NCBI GenBank assembly: GCA_042094515.1
Contig: JBELDA010000005.1
Span: 22,077 to 86,076, forward strand
Length of the DNA stretch: 64,000 bases
Direction of reading: 5' to 3'
Origin: Crocinitomicaceae bacterium
GTDB lineage: Bacteria; Bacteroidota; Bacteroidia; Flavobacteriales_D; Crocinitomicaceae
In this document: piece after piece, positions 9,500 to 19,076 of the stretch
Layout: the number at the start of each line of letters is the position of its first letter
How positions within the stretch are numbered: the stretch's first letter is position 1
Notes under the pieces: generated by a model
Database searches by the model: none
Seen by the model: only the letters and a program-made list of their open reading frames with translations
Told to the model about the DNA's origin: nothing
Made by a program: the position numbers and the translations under genes

Positions 9500-10669
9500 T
9501 TAGTGATCGATTACTCCAGAACCTACTAGTACATCTTTAGTGTACCATGCGGCAAACTGTCCAGGACTGATAGCTGTTTGCTTATTATCAAACAATATAT
9601 ACCAATCTTTACCTTTATGTATTAGAATTCCTTTTTGGAGCTCTTGTCTGTACCTGATTCTGAATAAATATTCTTTTTGATTTAAATCAAATTTTTCATT
9701 GACCCAATTCATGGATTCCCTTTTAAGCTTTAGGGCATACCTATTTAATCCCGGATGACCTTTTGTCTGACCAGTATACACATAGTTTTCTTTTGTGTCA
9801 ATCCCGATAATAAAGCTGGGTTCAGGTCTTCCACCTACATGTAATCCTTTTCTTTGCCCAATCGTATAGAAGTGAGCGCCATTGTGATCTGCAACTTTTA
9901 GTCCGTCATTAGGGGTGTATTCAAAAGGCAGTGATAATTCTTCAATATTTTCAGCACTATTTCCAATGGATCGATATTTACTATACTGCTCATGATCAAT
10001 TGGAATTTCAATTACTTCACCAGGTTTATTCTGCAGTTGCTGCTGAAGAAATTCTGGGAGTTTAATTTTACCGACAAAACACAAGCCTTGTGAATCTTTT
10101 TTATCCGCGGTTACCAATTCTATTTGTTTTGCAATCTTTCGCACCTCTTTTTTTTCGAGATGTCCAATAGGGAAAAGTACTTTAGAAAGCTGGTCTTGAG
10201 TAATTTGACATAAAAAGTAAGATTGATCTTTTGATTTATCAGCACCAGAAACCAGTTCAAAACCTGTACTTTCTATTTGTCTTTTTTGACAGTAATGACC
10301 TGTAGCAACATAGTCTGCACCGATATCCATTGCAGCCTTCATAAAAACGTCAAATTTTATTTCTCTATTACAAAGTACATCGGGGTTTGGTGTACGACCG
10401 GCTTCATATTCCGCAAACATATAGTTTACAATTCGCTCTTTATATTCTTTACTTAAGTCAATAACCTGGAACGGAATCCCGAGGCTCTCCGCAACCATTA
10501 ATGCATCATTTGAATCGTCAATCCAAGGGCATTCATCAGATATTGTTACTGACTCATCATGCCAGTTTTTCATAAACATTCCAATAACCTCATAACCTTG
10601 CTCAATGAGCAAATAAGCAGCAACACTAGAGTCAACACCTCCTGATAGACCAACTACAACCCGTTTCAT
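9500..10669 (-). CDS. mnmA: tRNA 2-thiouridine(34) synthase
   Basis: 389 aa. PP-loop VVGLSGGVDSSVAA, plus the conserved GADYVATGHY and DQSYFL blocks. Confidence 0.9.
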   Translation of the reverse strand: MKRVVVGLSGGVDSSVAAYLLIEQGYEVIGMFMKNWHDESVTISDECPWIDDSNDALMVAESLGIPFQVIDLSKEYKERIVNYMFAEYEAGRTPNPDVLCNREIKFDVFMKAAMDIGADYVATGHYCQKRQIESTGFELVSGADKSKDQSYFLCQITQDQLSKVLFPIGHLEKKEVRKIAKQIELVTADKKDSQGLCFVGKIKLPEFLQQQLQNKPGEVIEIPIDHEQYSKYRSIGNSAENIEELSLPFEYTPNDGLKVADHNGAHFYTIGQRKGLHVGGRPEPSFIIGIDTKENYVYTGQTKGHPGLNRYALKLKRESMNWVNEKFDLNQKEYLFRIRYRQELQKGILIHKGKDWYILFDNKQTAISPGQFAAWYTKDVLVGSGVIDH

Positions 10670-10730
10670 GGTACAAAAATAGGAGTATTTTACTTATGAT
10701 AAAGAATTGATTCTTTATCGTTTAGACTCT

Positions 10731-11771
10731 TTAATATTGATAGGATACAGCGGTATGCCCATTATTCCATACTTCAAGAATCATACCTTTGTATTCTGAG
10801 TCTATATCTTGTCCAATTAGGTTTGTTTTTCTGATGATAAATTCATCACTATTTGTAAATTGAATGGGTATTATATTGAAATATTCTGTGGTTCCATCAT
10901 AATCGGTCTGTGACAGTTTATAGTATACAACACCATGTTTTACAGTGGATTGTGGAAGTGTTCTGTCGATGTGATTGTAGTTAATTTGTTCAATGGAATT
11001 TACTGATCCAGGTATTTGTGTTATGGGTAACCAATTCAAACCGTCTTCGGACCGCCATATTGTAAAATGTGAATTGTCTTTTTCTGAAGATGTAGACCAA
11101 TTTAATTCTACTTCAGGTGTACTCGTATTTTCTCTTAATTCAGCTGAAAAATGATTTAGAGTTATAGGTAGAGGGTTGAAGTCAAAATGTCCAAATTTCA
11201 CATTTGGGATAAATTTATCTCTTGTTCCGGTGCCAGTTGGGTAAAAATTATCAGCATATTTGTACCAACTTACATATTCATTTTTGTATTCACAATAAGA
11301 AGATCCAAACCCTGAATCCCATTCACCATCATGGTTTTCAATAATCACAAGTAAGTTATCTACTCCATTATAATAAAATGTAGAGGAAAATGGAATCTCA
11401 ACCCAGCCATTTGATGATATAGTTAAGTCATATAGTTCAATACAAGTGGTTAAATCTGTATAATTAATATTGCTTAAATCAACACTTGCATTACTAGCAA
11501 ATATATCATCTGTAGTATGTGCAAGTTTAATAGTTATTCCATTGAACTCGTAGTTATCGGCATATCCGAATAATTCAAATGATATTTCGAAAATTTCTTT
11601 TCCATTAGATCCCAGATCGTTCTGCTTATAGATAAACATGTTATGGGAATAGTCATACAATCCATAAAAGGGATACCAATTGTAACTAGAAGAACCGTTT
11701 CCAATGGTATGATAGCTTTGACCAAAAGCAAATTGCGGAAGAAATAATAATAGTAGAAGCCATTTTTTCAT
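10731..11771 (-). CDS. secreted hypothetical protein with Ig/Fn3-like domain and short C-terminal tail
   Basis: Signal peptide MKKWLLLLLFLPQFAFGQ. The block LNWSTSSEKDNSHFTIWRSEDGLNW...YYKLSQTDYDGTTEY is typical of Bacteroidota surface-protein Ig-like modules. Confidence 0.55.
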   Translation of the reverse strand: MKKWLLLLLFLPQFAFGQSYHTIGNGSSSYNWYPFYGLYDYSHNMFIYKQNDLGSNGKEIFEISFELFGYADNYEFNGITIKLAHTTDDIFASNASVDLSNINYTDLTTCIELYDLTISSNGWVEIPFSSTFYYNGVDNLLVIIENHDGEWDSGFGSSYCEYKNEYVSWYKYADNFYPTGTGTRDKFIPNVKFGHFDFNPLPITLNHFSAELRENTSTPEVELNWSTSSEKDNSHFTIWRSEDGLNWLPITQIPGSVNSIEQINYNHIDRTLPQSTVKHGVVYYKLSQTDYDGTTEYFNIIPIQFTNSDEFIIRKTNLIGQDIDSEYKGMILEVWNNGHTAVSYQY

Positions 11772-11851
11772 GGCGCAAAGCTAATGTCAGAAAATTCTGA
11801 AAAATATGACTTTTGTCAGTTATTTAATTTGATTTTCAAAAAAAAGAAGAT

Positions 11852-13399
11852 TTAGTTCGTTTTACCTTCTTTATGAGCCAATTTAAGCATACAGTTCATA
11901 CCATCTATTGCAGCGGAAACAATGCCGCCTGCGTATCCAGCACCTTCAGCACAGGGGTATAGATTCTTCAATTCAAGATGATGTAATTGCTCTTTGTCTC
12001 TCGGTATAAGAATAGGAGAAGATGTTCGTGATTCAGGAGCGTGTATGACGGCATCATTTGATATGAAACCTGGGATCTTTTTATTAAATTCAATAAAGCC
12101 CTTTCTCAGTCGATTACAAATGAATTCTGGAAAAAGGTCATCCATTTTTACGCTTTCAATTCCAGGTTGATATGATGACCTCGGAAAATGTATACTTTTT
12201 TCGTCTTGTATAAAATCTAATAAGCATTGTGCTGGTACTTTTTGATTTTTTCCAGCTAAGGTCCATGCTCGATGTTCTATTTCTTTTTGAAAATCTAGAC
12301 AAGTAAAAGGAGATTCAGAATCGCTTACATCTTGAGGAGTCACAGAGACCACGATTCCAGCATTTGAATAAGGATTGTTTCTCTTACTAGGTGACCATCC
12401 ATTTGTAACAACCTCATCTTGAGCCGTTGCACAAGGAGCAATAATACCTCCAGGACACATACAAAATGAATAGACTCCTTTGTCGTCAATTTGGGTGGCA
12501 AGTTTATAAGACGCAGGTGGTAAAAATTCATCATTTAGTCTTCCGTACTGAGCTTGGTCTATAAAATCTTGGGTGTGTTCAATCCTAACACCTAGTGCAA
12601 ATGGTTTTGCTAATAGTTTGACTCCTTTTTTATGTAAAAGTTCATATATATCTCTTGCAGAATGACCAGTAGCCAGAATAATATTTGAAACATTAACTTT
12701 TAGCTCTTCATTGATAGTAATTTCTTTAATTTTTTCATTTTGAATATGAATATCCGTAAGTCTACAGTTAAAATGAATTTCTCCACCACAGGAAATAATT
12801 TTTTCATTTATGGCACTTATAATATGAGGCAACTTATTTGTACCAATGTGTGGATGTGCGTCAATTAGAATATCTTTTTCAGCACCGAATTGAACAAGAA
12901 GTTTAAGGACTTCTCTTACATCACCTCTTTTTTTGGAACGTGTATAAAGTTTACCATCCGAATATGTTCCAGCTCCTCCTTCGCCAAAGCAATAATTACT
13001 CTCAGGATTTACAAGGCCTTCCTTATTTAGCTTAGCCAAATCACGTCTACGGTCACGAACATTCTTTCCTCGCTCATATATAATGGGTTTAATGCCGCTT
13101 TTAATCGCATGTAAAGCCGCAAACATCCCTGCAGGACCCATTCCTATAATGTGAACAGTTTTTGATGTGTTTAAAGGTTTAAAACAAATTTGGTTTTCTT
13201 CCTTTATAGGATCTACCGTCGATACCTTGAATACACAATTGATTTTTATATTTTTCTTTCTAGCATCGATACTTCGTTTGTGCCATGTGTAATATACCTC
13301 AGCATCTGTATTTAGCTTGAGCAATGATTTTATTTTGGTGGAAATAAATTCATCATCTTTGGCTTGTTCTGGAGAGCATTGAAATTGTAATTCTTCCAT
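11852..13399 (-). CDS. NAD(P)/FAD-dependent oxidoreductase (COG2509-like FAD-dependent dehydrogenase)
   Basis: 515 aa. Dinucleotide fold VHIIGMGPAGMFAA, GAGTYSDGKLYT, and the C-terminal AEGAGYAGGIVSAAIDG. Confidence 0.75.
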   Translation of the reverse strand: MEELQFQCSPEQAKDDEFISTKIKSLLKLNTDAEVYYTWHKRSIDARKKNIKINCVFKVSTVDPIKEENQICFKPLNTSKTVHIIGMGPAGMFAALHAIKSGIKPIIYERGKNVRDRRRDLAKLNKEGLVNPESNYCFGEGGAGTYSDGKLYTRSKKRGDVREVLKLLVQFGAEKDILIDAHPHIGTNKLPHIISAINEKIISCGGEIHFNCRLTDIHIQNEKIKEITINEELKVNVSNIILATGHSARDIYELLHKKGVKLLAKPFALGVRIEHTQDFIDQAQYGRLNDEFLPPASYKLATQIDDKGVYSFCMCPGGIIAPCATAQDEVVTNGWSPSKRNNPYSNAGIVVSVTPQDVSDSESPFTCLDFQKEIEHRAWTLAGKNQKVPAQCLLDFIQDEKSIHFPRSSYQPGIESVKMDDLFPEFICNRLRKGFIEFNKKIPGFISNDAVIHAPESRTSSPILIPRDKEQLHHLELKNLYPCAEGAGYAGGIVSAAIDGMNCMLKLAHKEGKTN

Positions 13400-14109
13400 T
13401 AGGATTCAAAAATAATTGAAAACCACCAGCCTTTATTATATAGCTGATCAATGGGTTTGGCAACAGGTGAAAAATCTTGAATAAAACTACTTTGGATACC
13501 GTGCGAATATTTTAGCTCTAGGGCAAACTTAAAAAAGGGGGCGAAGAACTCTACACCTCCACCGATATGTCCTTGTATGTCATAACGATTTAGTTTGATG
13601 AATGGGTCAATATAGTTTTGTGAGGCATCCTGCTGAGACTGAAGGTCAATAGAGTACTGAGCTCCAAATAGGGCATAGGCTGTAAAGTTGTTGAATCTTT
13701 TTGTTTTAAATAAAAATGTCAAAGGAATGTCAAGGCTCGTTGAGTTGATACGTTCCTCACTAAAGCCATTTTTGAAATTAACACTGTCAATACTTCTATA
13801 TTCTAAGACTCTTTCTTGAAATGAGAGACAGGGCATTAGCCGCAAACGAAGTACTGGCGTACCTAATTTTAAGGAGGTTAAAATTCCAAGCTGTCCGCCA
13901 GGTTGTGATTTGTTTGTAATTGAGACTAAACCGTAGCTGTCATAGGCATCTTGAAGCTGAAAAACTGTAAAGTCAGTGGAGTTAATTCCTAAAGTAAATC
14001 CAAATGAAAATGCTTTTTTGTCAAAATTTTTAAATCTCGGTTGCTTCATTTTCTGTGCGAAAGAAAAAGAAATGGTTAGAATAAAAAGAAATGACAGTAT
14101 GGGCCTCAT
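13399..14109 (-). CDS. PorT-family / porin-family small outer-membrane beta-barrel protein
   Basis: 236 aa with signal peptide MRPILSFLFILTISFSFAQ and alternating beta-strand pattern. It sits directly downstream of ubiE, an arrangement I recall as common for porT in Flavobacteriia. Its stop overlaps the start of the next gene by 1 nt. Confidence 0.55.
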   Translation of the reverse strand: MRPILSFLFILTISFSFAQKMKQPRFKNFDKKAFSFGFTLGINSTDFTVFQLQDAYDSYGLVSITNKSQPGGQLGILTSLKLGTPVLRLRLMPCLSFQERVLEYRSIDSVNFKNGFSEERINSTSLDIPLTFLFKTKRFNNFTAYALFGAQYSIDLQSQQDASQNYIDPFIKLNRYDIQGHIGGGVEFFAPFFKFALELKYSHGIQSSFIQDFSPVAKPIDQLYNKGWWFSIIFES

Positions 14110-14147
14110 TGGTACAATAACGCGAAGTGTTCTTCTATGTTGTATGT

Positions 14148-14876
14148 TTATTTAATTCCGGTGTAAATTGTTGCAATACCTCCAGACACTGTGGATGATT
14201 TTACGTCCTTGTATTTCAATTCCTTCAATATAGCTTCAAATTCTTTTCCCTCAGGAAAAGCTTCTACACTTTCAGGTAAATAAGCATATGCCTGTTCATC
14301 TTTTGAAATGCGCTTACCCAATACTGGAATGATATATTTTGAATAAAAAGTAAAGCTTTGTTTAACCGGAAACTTTTTTGGTTTTGAGAATTCTAAAATG
14401 ACTGCTTTTCCTCCAGGCTTGAGTACCCTGAGCATTTCCGACAAGCCCTTGTTTAAATTCTCGAAATTTCGAACACCAAATCCAACAGTTAATCCATCAA
14501 AATAATTGGTTTCAAATGGCAAATCTTCGGAATCTGCCTGTGTCATTGTTATAACATGATCGAGCTTCTTTTTACGCATTTTTTCTCTTCCAACCTCAAG
14601 CATTCCATTTGAAATATCAATTCCAATGATTTCTTCAGGGTTCAGCTTCATATTTGCTATCGCAAAATCACCTGTACCCGTGGCAATATCCAATATTCTT
14701 TTTGGCTTAAGTGGTTGAAGCTCTTTGACTGCTTTTTTTCTCCATATGCGATCGATTCCGAGCGATAGAAAGTGATTTAAAAAATCATATCTCGCCGAAA
14801 TATTATCGAACATTTGTTCAACTTCTTCTTTTTTAGATTTATCCGAGTTGTATGGTTTAACAGGTTTTTTTGACAT
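14148..14876 (-). CDS. ubiE: demethylmenaquinone / ubiquinone-menaquinone biosynthesis C-methyltransferase
   Basis: 242 aa. [36 protein letters not shown], and [11 protein letters not shown]...[10 protein letters not shown]. Confidence 0.9.
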   Translation of the reverse strand: MSKKPVKPYNSDKSKKEEVEQMFDNISARYDFLNHFLSLGIDRIWRKKAVKELQPLKPKRILDIATGTGDFAIANMKLNPEEIIGIDISNGMLEVGREKMRKKKLDHVITMTQADSEDLPFETNYFDGLTVGFGVRNFENLNKGLSEMLRVLKPGGKAVILEFSKPKKFPVKQSFTFYSKYIIPVLGKRISKDEQAYAYLPESVEAFPEGKEFEAILKELKYKDVKSSTVSGGIATIYTGIK

Positions 14877-14896
14877 AATTGTATAACAAAATTGAT

Positions 14897-15880
14897 CTAC
14901 AGGAGTTCGCTCACTTCTTTAATTAATTCATTTAGTTGAACGCTCACTACACCTGGTTTTTCACATACCATTCCTCCGGCTATATTGGAGATTTGAGCAA
15001 TTTGTTCTACCGTAGCTCCACAGATTAAGCACAGTGTTGCCGTAGCGATTACGGTATCACCAGCTCCTGATACATCGGTTATATCTCTAGGATGAGCCTT
15101 GGCATAAGCTGAGCTTGAATGGTCCATTACGTATATACCATGTTCAGAAAGGGTAACGAGGGATATTTCATGAGGTATTTTTCTTCTCAGCTGTTGTACG
15201 GTATTTTCAAAAGCCGCTTTATCTTTTGAAAATTCAAAATCAATGTTCAACCCTTCCTTAAGTTCTTTGAGATTGGGTTTAAATATGCTTAGTCCTGAAA
15301 ACTGGTTGAAATTTTCTTTTTTCGGGTCAGCGGTGATGGGTATGTTTTTTTGATTAGCTAGTTCAATAAAGAATCGAATCGTCTTATTTGAAAAAATACC
15401 TTTATTATAATCTTCCAAAATAATGGCATCAACACCTTCGTCTATGATTTTTTCAACCGTGGAGTAAAGTTTTCTTACAATCTCATCTGAAATGGGATGG
15501 GTGTCCTCAGAATCAATTCTGAGCATTTGTTGTTTTGATGAAATAACTCTGGTTTTCACCGTAGTTTTCCTATTATTACTCACAATAACACCTTGAGTAG
15601 ATATTCCTCTTTTTTCAAATAAATCAATCAATTTTTGACCTTCTGAATCAGCCCCTACAATTGAAGCTACAATTGGCTTAGCTCCAAGGTTCAGTATATT
15701 TAATGCCACGTTTCCAGCGCCACCAATTCTACTTTCCTTTTTTTCTAGTGAGATTATGGGTACTGGTGCCTCCGGGCTAATTCGAGTTACCTTTCCCAAA
15801 ACATAGGCGTCAAGCATCACATCTCCAATGATGAGAACTTTTTTTTGTTTGAAATGACTAAATAATTCTTGGTAGTTCAC
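14897..15880 (-). CDS. PfkB-family carbohydrate kinase, RfaE domain I-like (heptose-7-phosphate kinase-like)
   Basis: 327 aa. N-terminal [12 protein letters not shown]...RISPEAPVP and C-terminal DVSGAGDTV...[13 protein letters not shown]. Confidence 0.75.
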   Translation of the reverse strand: MNYQELFSHFKQKKVLIIGDVMLDAYVLGKVTRISPEAPVPIISLEKKESRIGGAGNVALNILNLGAKPIVASIVGADSEGQKLIDLFEKRGISTQGVIVSNNRKTTVKTRVISSKQQMLRIDSEDTHPISDEIVRKLYSTVEKIIDEGVDAIILEDYNKGIFSNKTIRFFIELANQKNIPITADPKKENFNQFSGLSIFKPNLKELKEGLNIDFEFSKDKAAFENTVQQLRRKIPHEISLVTLSEHGIYVMDHSSSAYAKAHPRDITDVSGAGDTVIATATLCLICGATVEQIAQISNIAGGMVCEKPGVVSVQLNELIKEVSELL

Positions 15881-17074
15881 TTAATTCAATTTAGACAATG
15901 CGTCTTTTATTCTACGCATAGCTTCGTTTAGGGTTTCTTCCGACGCTGCATATGAAATTCTAAAGCAATTAGCATCTCCAAATGCATCTCCCGTAACAAC
16001 GGCAACGAGGCTTTCCTCTAAAAGATATAAGCAGAGGTCGCTGGAGCTGTTAATGGTTGTTTTTCCATTGGTCTTTCCGAAATAATAAGAACAGTCAGGA
16101 AAAACATAAAATGCACCACCTGGATGATTTGTTTTTATTCCAGGAATTTGATTCAGCCAATCCAAAACCAATGAACGTCGACTTTTAAACGCAGAAATCA
16201 TGTCCTTTAGTATAATTGGATCCGCATTCATTGCAGCAATTGCAGCTTTTTGAGAAATAGAGCACGTCCCTGATGTAAATTGCCCCTGAACCTTACTACA
16301 AGCACTTGCAATCTTTAGTGGTGCTCCAATATAGCCTAATCTCCATCCAGTCATGGCCCAAGATTTAGATACACCATTGACAGTAACTACTTGCTCATAA
16401 ATGTCATCGAATTGCGCCAAACTTTCGTGTTTGCTTTCGAAATTAATATGTTCATATATTTCGTCGCAAAGAGCAATTACATTCGGATTAGATTGTAATA
16501 CATCAGCCAAGCTTCTTAATTCTTCCTTTGAGTATACTGAGCCTGTTGGATTGCATGGTGTAGAAAAAATCATCAGCTTGGTTTTCGGAGTAATTGCTTT
16601 TGATAAATCATCACCTGATATTTTAAAATCCTTTTCAATACCAGCATTTACGATGACAGGAATTCCTCCTGAAACCTTTACTATTTCAATATATGATACC
16701 CAATATGGAGCGGGAATAATAACCTCGTCACCTGGATTGATTAAAGTCATTACAACATTGGCAATCGATTGTTTTGCTCCCGTAGATACAACAATTTGCT
16801 CTTTTGAATATCTCAAGTCATTATCTCTTTGAAATTTATGAGAGATACTTTCTCTTAAATCGTCATATCCAGGAACTGGCATATATTTTGTGAAATTATT
16901 GTTCATGGCCTCTTTGGCAGCATCTTTAATAAAATCAGGAGTATTAAAGTCTGGTTCTCCGAGGGATAATGAAATCACATCTTTGCCTAAAGCTTTTAAT
17001 TCTCGGCTTTTACGGGACATTGCAATTGTTGCAGATTCCTCCATTGAAAGAAGACGGTCAGATAATTGAATCAT
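15881..17074 (-). CDS. pyridoxal phosphate-dependent aminotransferase (aspartate aminotransferase class I)
   Basis: LSLGEPDFNTP and the PLP-Lys block NGVSKSWAMTGWRLGY. I prefer the ATG at 17074 (MIQLSDRLLSMEES...) over the upstream TTG at 17095. Confidence 0.85.
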   Translation of the reverse strand: MIQLSDRLLSMEESATIAMSRKSRELKALGKDVISLSLGEPDFNTPDFIKDAAKEAMNNNFTKYMPVPGYDDLRESISHKFQRDNDLRYSKEQIVVSTGAKQSIANVVMTLINPGDEVIIPAPYWVSYIEIVKVSGGIPVIVNAGIEKDFKISGDDLSKAITPKTKLMIFSTPCNPTGSVYSKEELRSLADVLQSNPNVIALCDEIYEHINFESKHESLAQFDDIYEQVVTVNGVSKSWAMTGWRLGYIGAPLKIASACSKVQGQFTSGTCSISQKAAIAAMNADPIILKDMISAFKSRRSLVLDWLNQIPGIKTNHPGGAFYVFPDCSYYFGKTNGKTTINSSSDLCLYLLEESLVAVVTGDAFGDANCFRISYAASEETLNEAMRRIKDALSKLN

Positions 17075-17147
17075 TGAAATAATATTTTGGCGCAAATTTA
17101 GTCAAAAAGCATGGTAAAAAGCCAATCGTTAATACGCTTGTGATATA

Positions 17148-17843
17148 TTAATCATCTAATAAATCTGGACGCCTTATTTTTGTTCGTTTGAGTGCTTCAT
17201 CTTCTCTCCATTTTTCAATTTTTGGAAAGTTACCTGATAACAATATATCCGGAACTTTCCATCCTCTAAATTCTGGAGGTCTTGTATATACAGGGGGTGA
17301 AAGTAAATTATCCTGAAAGCTATCAGTTAAGGCTGAAGTTTCATCGTTAAGAACACCGGGCAACAACCTTATAAGAGCATCAGCCAAGACTGCAGCAGCG
17401 AGCTCTCCACCTGAAAGAACGTATGAACCAATAGATATTTCTTTTGTAATAAAGTGCTCCCTTATCCGTTCATCAACACCCTTATAGTGACCGCATAGAA
17501 TCATAATGTTATTTTTCAAAGAAAGCTCGTTACAAGTAGCTTGTTCTAAAAGCGTTCCGTCAGGAGTCATGTAAATAATCTCATCGTATTCTCTTTGGGC
17601 TAGAAGTTTCTCAATTAAGCTTACAATAGGCTCAATGCTCATGACCATTCCTGCACCTCCACCGTATTGGTAGTCATCAACATTTTTGTGCTTATCAGTG
17701 GAATAGTCTCGAATATTATGTAGCTGTATTTCAACAAGACCTTTGTCTTGTGCTCTTTTTAAAATTGAAGCAGAAAATGGACCGCTTAAAAGTTCAGGTA
17801 AAACAGTAAGTATATCAATTCGCACGTTCAAATTTAAGAACAA
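17148..17843 (-). CDS. trmD: tRNA (guanine37-N1)-methyltransferase
   Basis: [12 protein letters not shown]..., [13 protein letters not shown], and [14 protein letters not shown]. The start is ambiguous (TTG 17843 or GTG 17825). Confidence 0.9.
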   Translation of the reverse strand: MFLNLNVRIDILTVLPELLSGPFSASILKRAQDKGLVEIQLHNIRDYSTDKHKNVDDYQYGGGAGMVMSIEPIVSLIEKLLAQREYDEIIYMTPDGTLLEQATCNELSLKNNIMILCGHYKGVDERIREHFITKEISIGSYVLSGGELAAAVLADALIRLLPGVLNDETSALTDSFQDNLLSPPVYTRPPEFRGWKVPDILLSGNFPKIEKWREDEALKRTKIRRPDLLDD

Positions 17844-17960
17844 TTTACACCATAGTAATTTTTTAACAATGAATTGTATTTTTTGGAAATTAGATTTATC
17901 ATTGAATATCTTTCATGTGAATTCATAATTATCTTGTATTTTTAGTTTTAAACATTTACA

Positions 17961-19061
17961 ATGAAACCGCTGATTAGTATAATATTATTCATTTTCTTAG
18001 GTCAATTTTCTTTTTCTCAGTGTGATGGGGTTACCATTGAATCCATAACTGATCCTGGTCCATATTCCGTTGCAACATTAAAAGAAGGGGTTGACGATAT
18101 CCGAAATGGACCAGATTATGATGGTGCGACCATTTTTTATCCTACAAATGGGACACCTCCATATGCAGGAATTGCTATAATACCTGGCTATTGCGGAGTA
18201 GAAACAGACATTCAGGACTGGGGGGCTTTTTATGCTTCTCATGGAATTATAGCCATAACTCTGGGAACAAATGATCCATGCGCAGATTGGCCATCGGCTA
18301 GAGCAACTGCTTTACTAGATGCTATAATCACCGTAAAAGAGGAGAATTCCCGGTCAAGTTCTCCTTTACAGGGAAAAGTGGATGTAAATAGCTTCGCTGT
18401 TTCTGGTTGGTCTATGGGTGGAGGAGGCTCCCAACTTGCAGCTTCTATAGACCCCTCATTAAAGGCGGTGATTGGATTGTGTCCTTGGCTGGATTTAAAT
18501 GGTTTTCAACCCTCTGATCTCATACATGATGTTCCTGTTTTAATATTTACGGGACAAAATGATGATATTGCCAATTCTGCAGAGTATGGTTATATGCATT
18601 ATCAAGGAACTCCTTCAAATACTGATAAGCTTTATTTTGAAATTGAAAACGGTGACCATGGTGCTGCAAATTCGCCAGGCTTAGCCGCTGGAGAGGTCGG
18701 GATTTATGCGCTTTCTTGGTTGAAAACGTATTTACAAGATGATCCTTGTTATTGTGGGTTTCTATTGGAGACTCCATCAAATTCTTCAGATTATGAAACA
18801 AATATTGAATGCTTGAATACTGCTGTTGAAGGAATAAATGAAACCATTCATTTTATCCATCCGAATCCGGTAATAGACTATATTGAATTAAATAATTCAG
18901 GAATAGAAAAAGAATATTCCCTAAATAGCTCTGATGGCAGAACGGTTAAGTCTGGTATTCTATCTCCTGGCTATAATAAGATCATATATAAATTCAATTC
19001 CTCACAGATCTATTTTCTTATCTCAGGTGGTCAGTCGTATAAATTGATAAGCTTAAAATAG
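17961..19061 (+). CDS. secreted PETase/cutinase-like polyester hydrolase (dienelactone-hydrolase fold) with T9SS C-terminal sorting domain
   Basis: Signal peptide. Blocks matching IsPETase as I remember it: FYPTN, IAIIPGY, ASHGIIAITLGTN, SSSPLQGKVD...GWSMGGGGS (Ser151 at 18411-18413), PSLKAVIGLCPW, VPVLIFTGQNDDIA, FEIENGDHGAANS. The C-terminal ~70 aa (HPNPVIDYIELNN...YFLISGG.SYKLISLK) looks like a type-A T9SS CTD. Confidence 0.8.
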   Translation: MKPLISIILFIFLGQFSFSQCDGVTIESITDPGPYSVATLKEGVDDIRNGPDYDGATIFYPTNGTPPYAGIAIIPGYCGVETDIQDWGAFYASHGIIAITLGTNDPCADWPSARATALLDAIITVKEENSRSSSPLQGKVDVNSFAVSGWSMGGGGSQLAASIDPSLKAVIGLCPWLDLNGFQPSDLIHDVPVLIFTGQNDDIANSAEYGYMHYQGTPSNTDKLYFEIENGDHGAANSPGLAAGEVGIYALSWLKTYLQDDPCYCGFLLETPSNSSDYETNIECLNTAVEGINETIHFIHPNPVIDYIELNNSGIEKEYSLNSSDGRTVKSGILSPGYNKIIYKFNSSQIYFLISGGQSYKLISLK

Positions 19062-19076
19062 CTGTGTTTTGAACTT

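Noticed and set aside
16401-16832. 143-aa + strand ORF inside the aminotransferase gene
   Set aside because: It is antisense to a CDS with the canonical PLP-Lys block, and its translation has no recognisable features.
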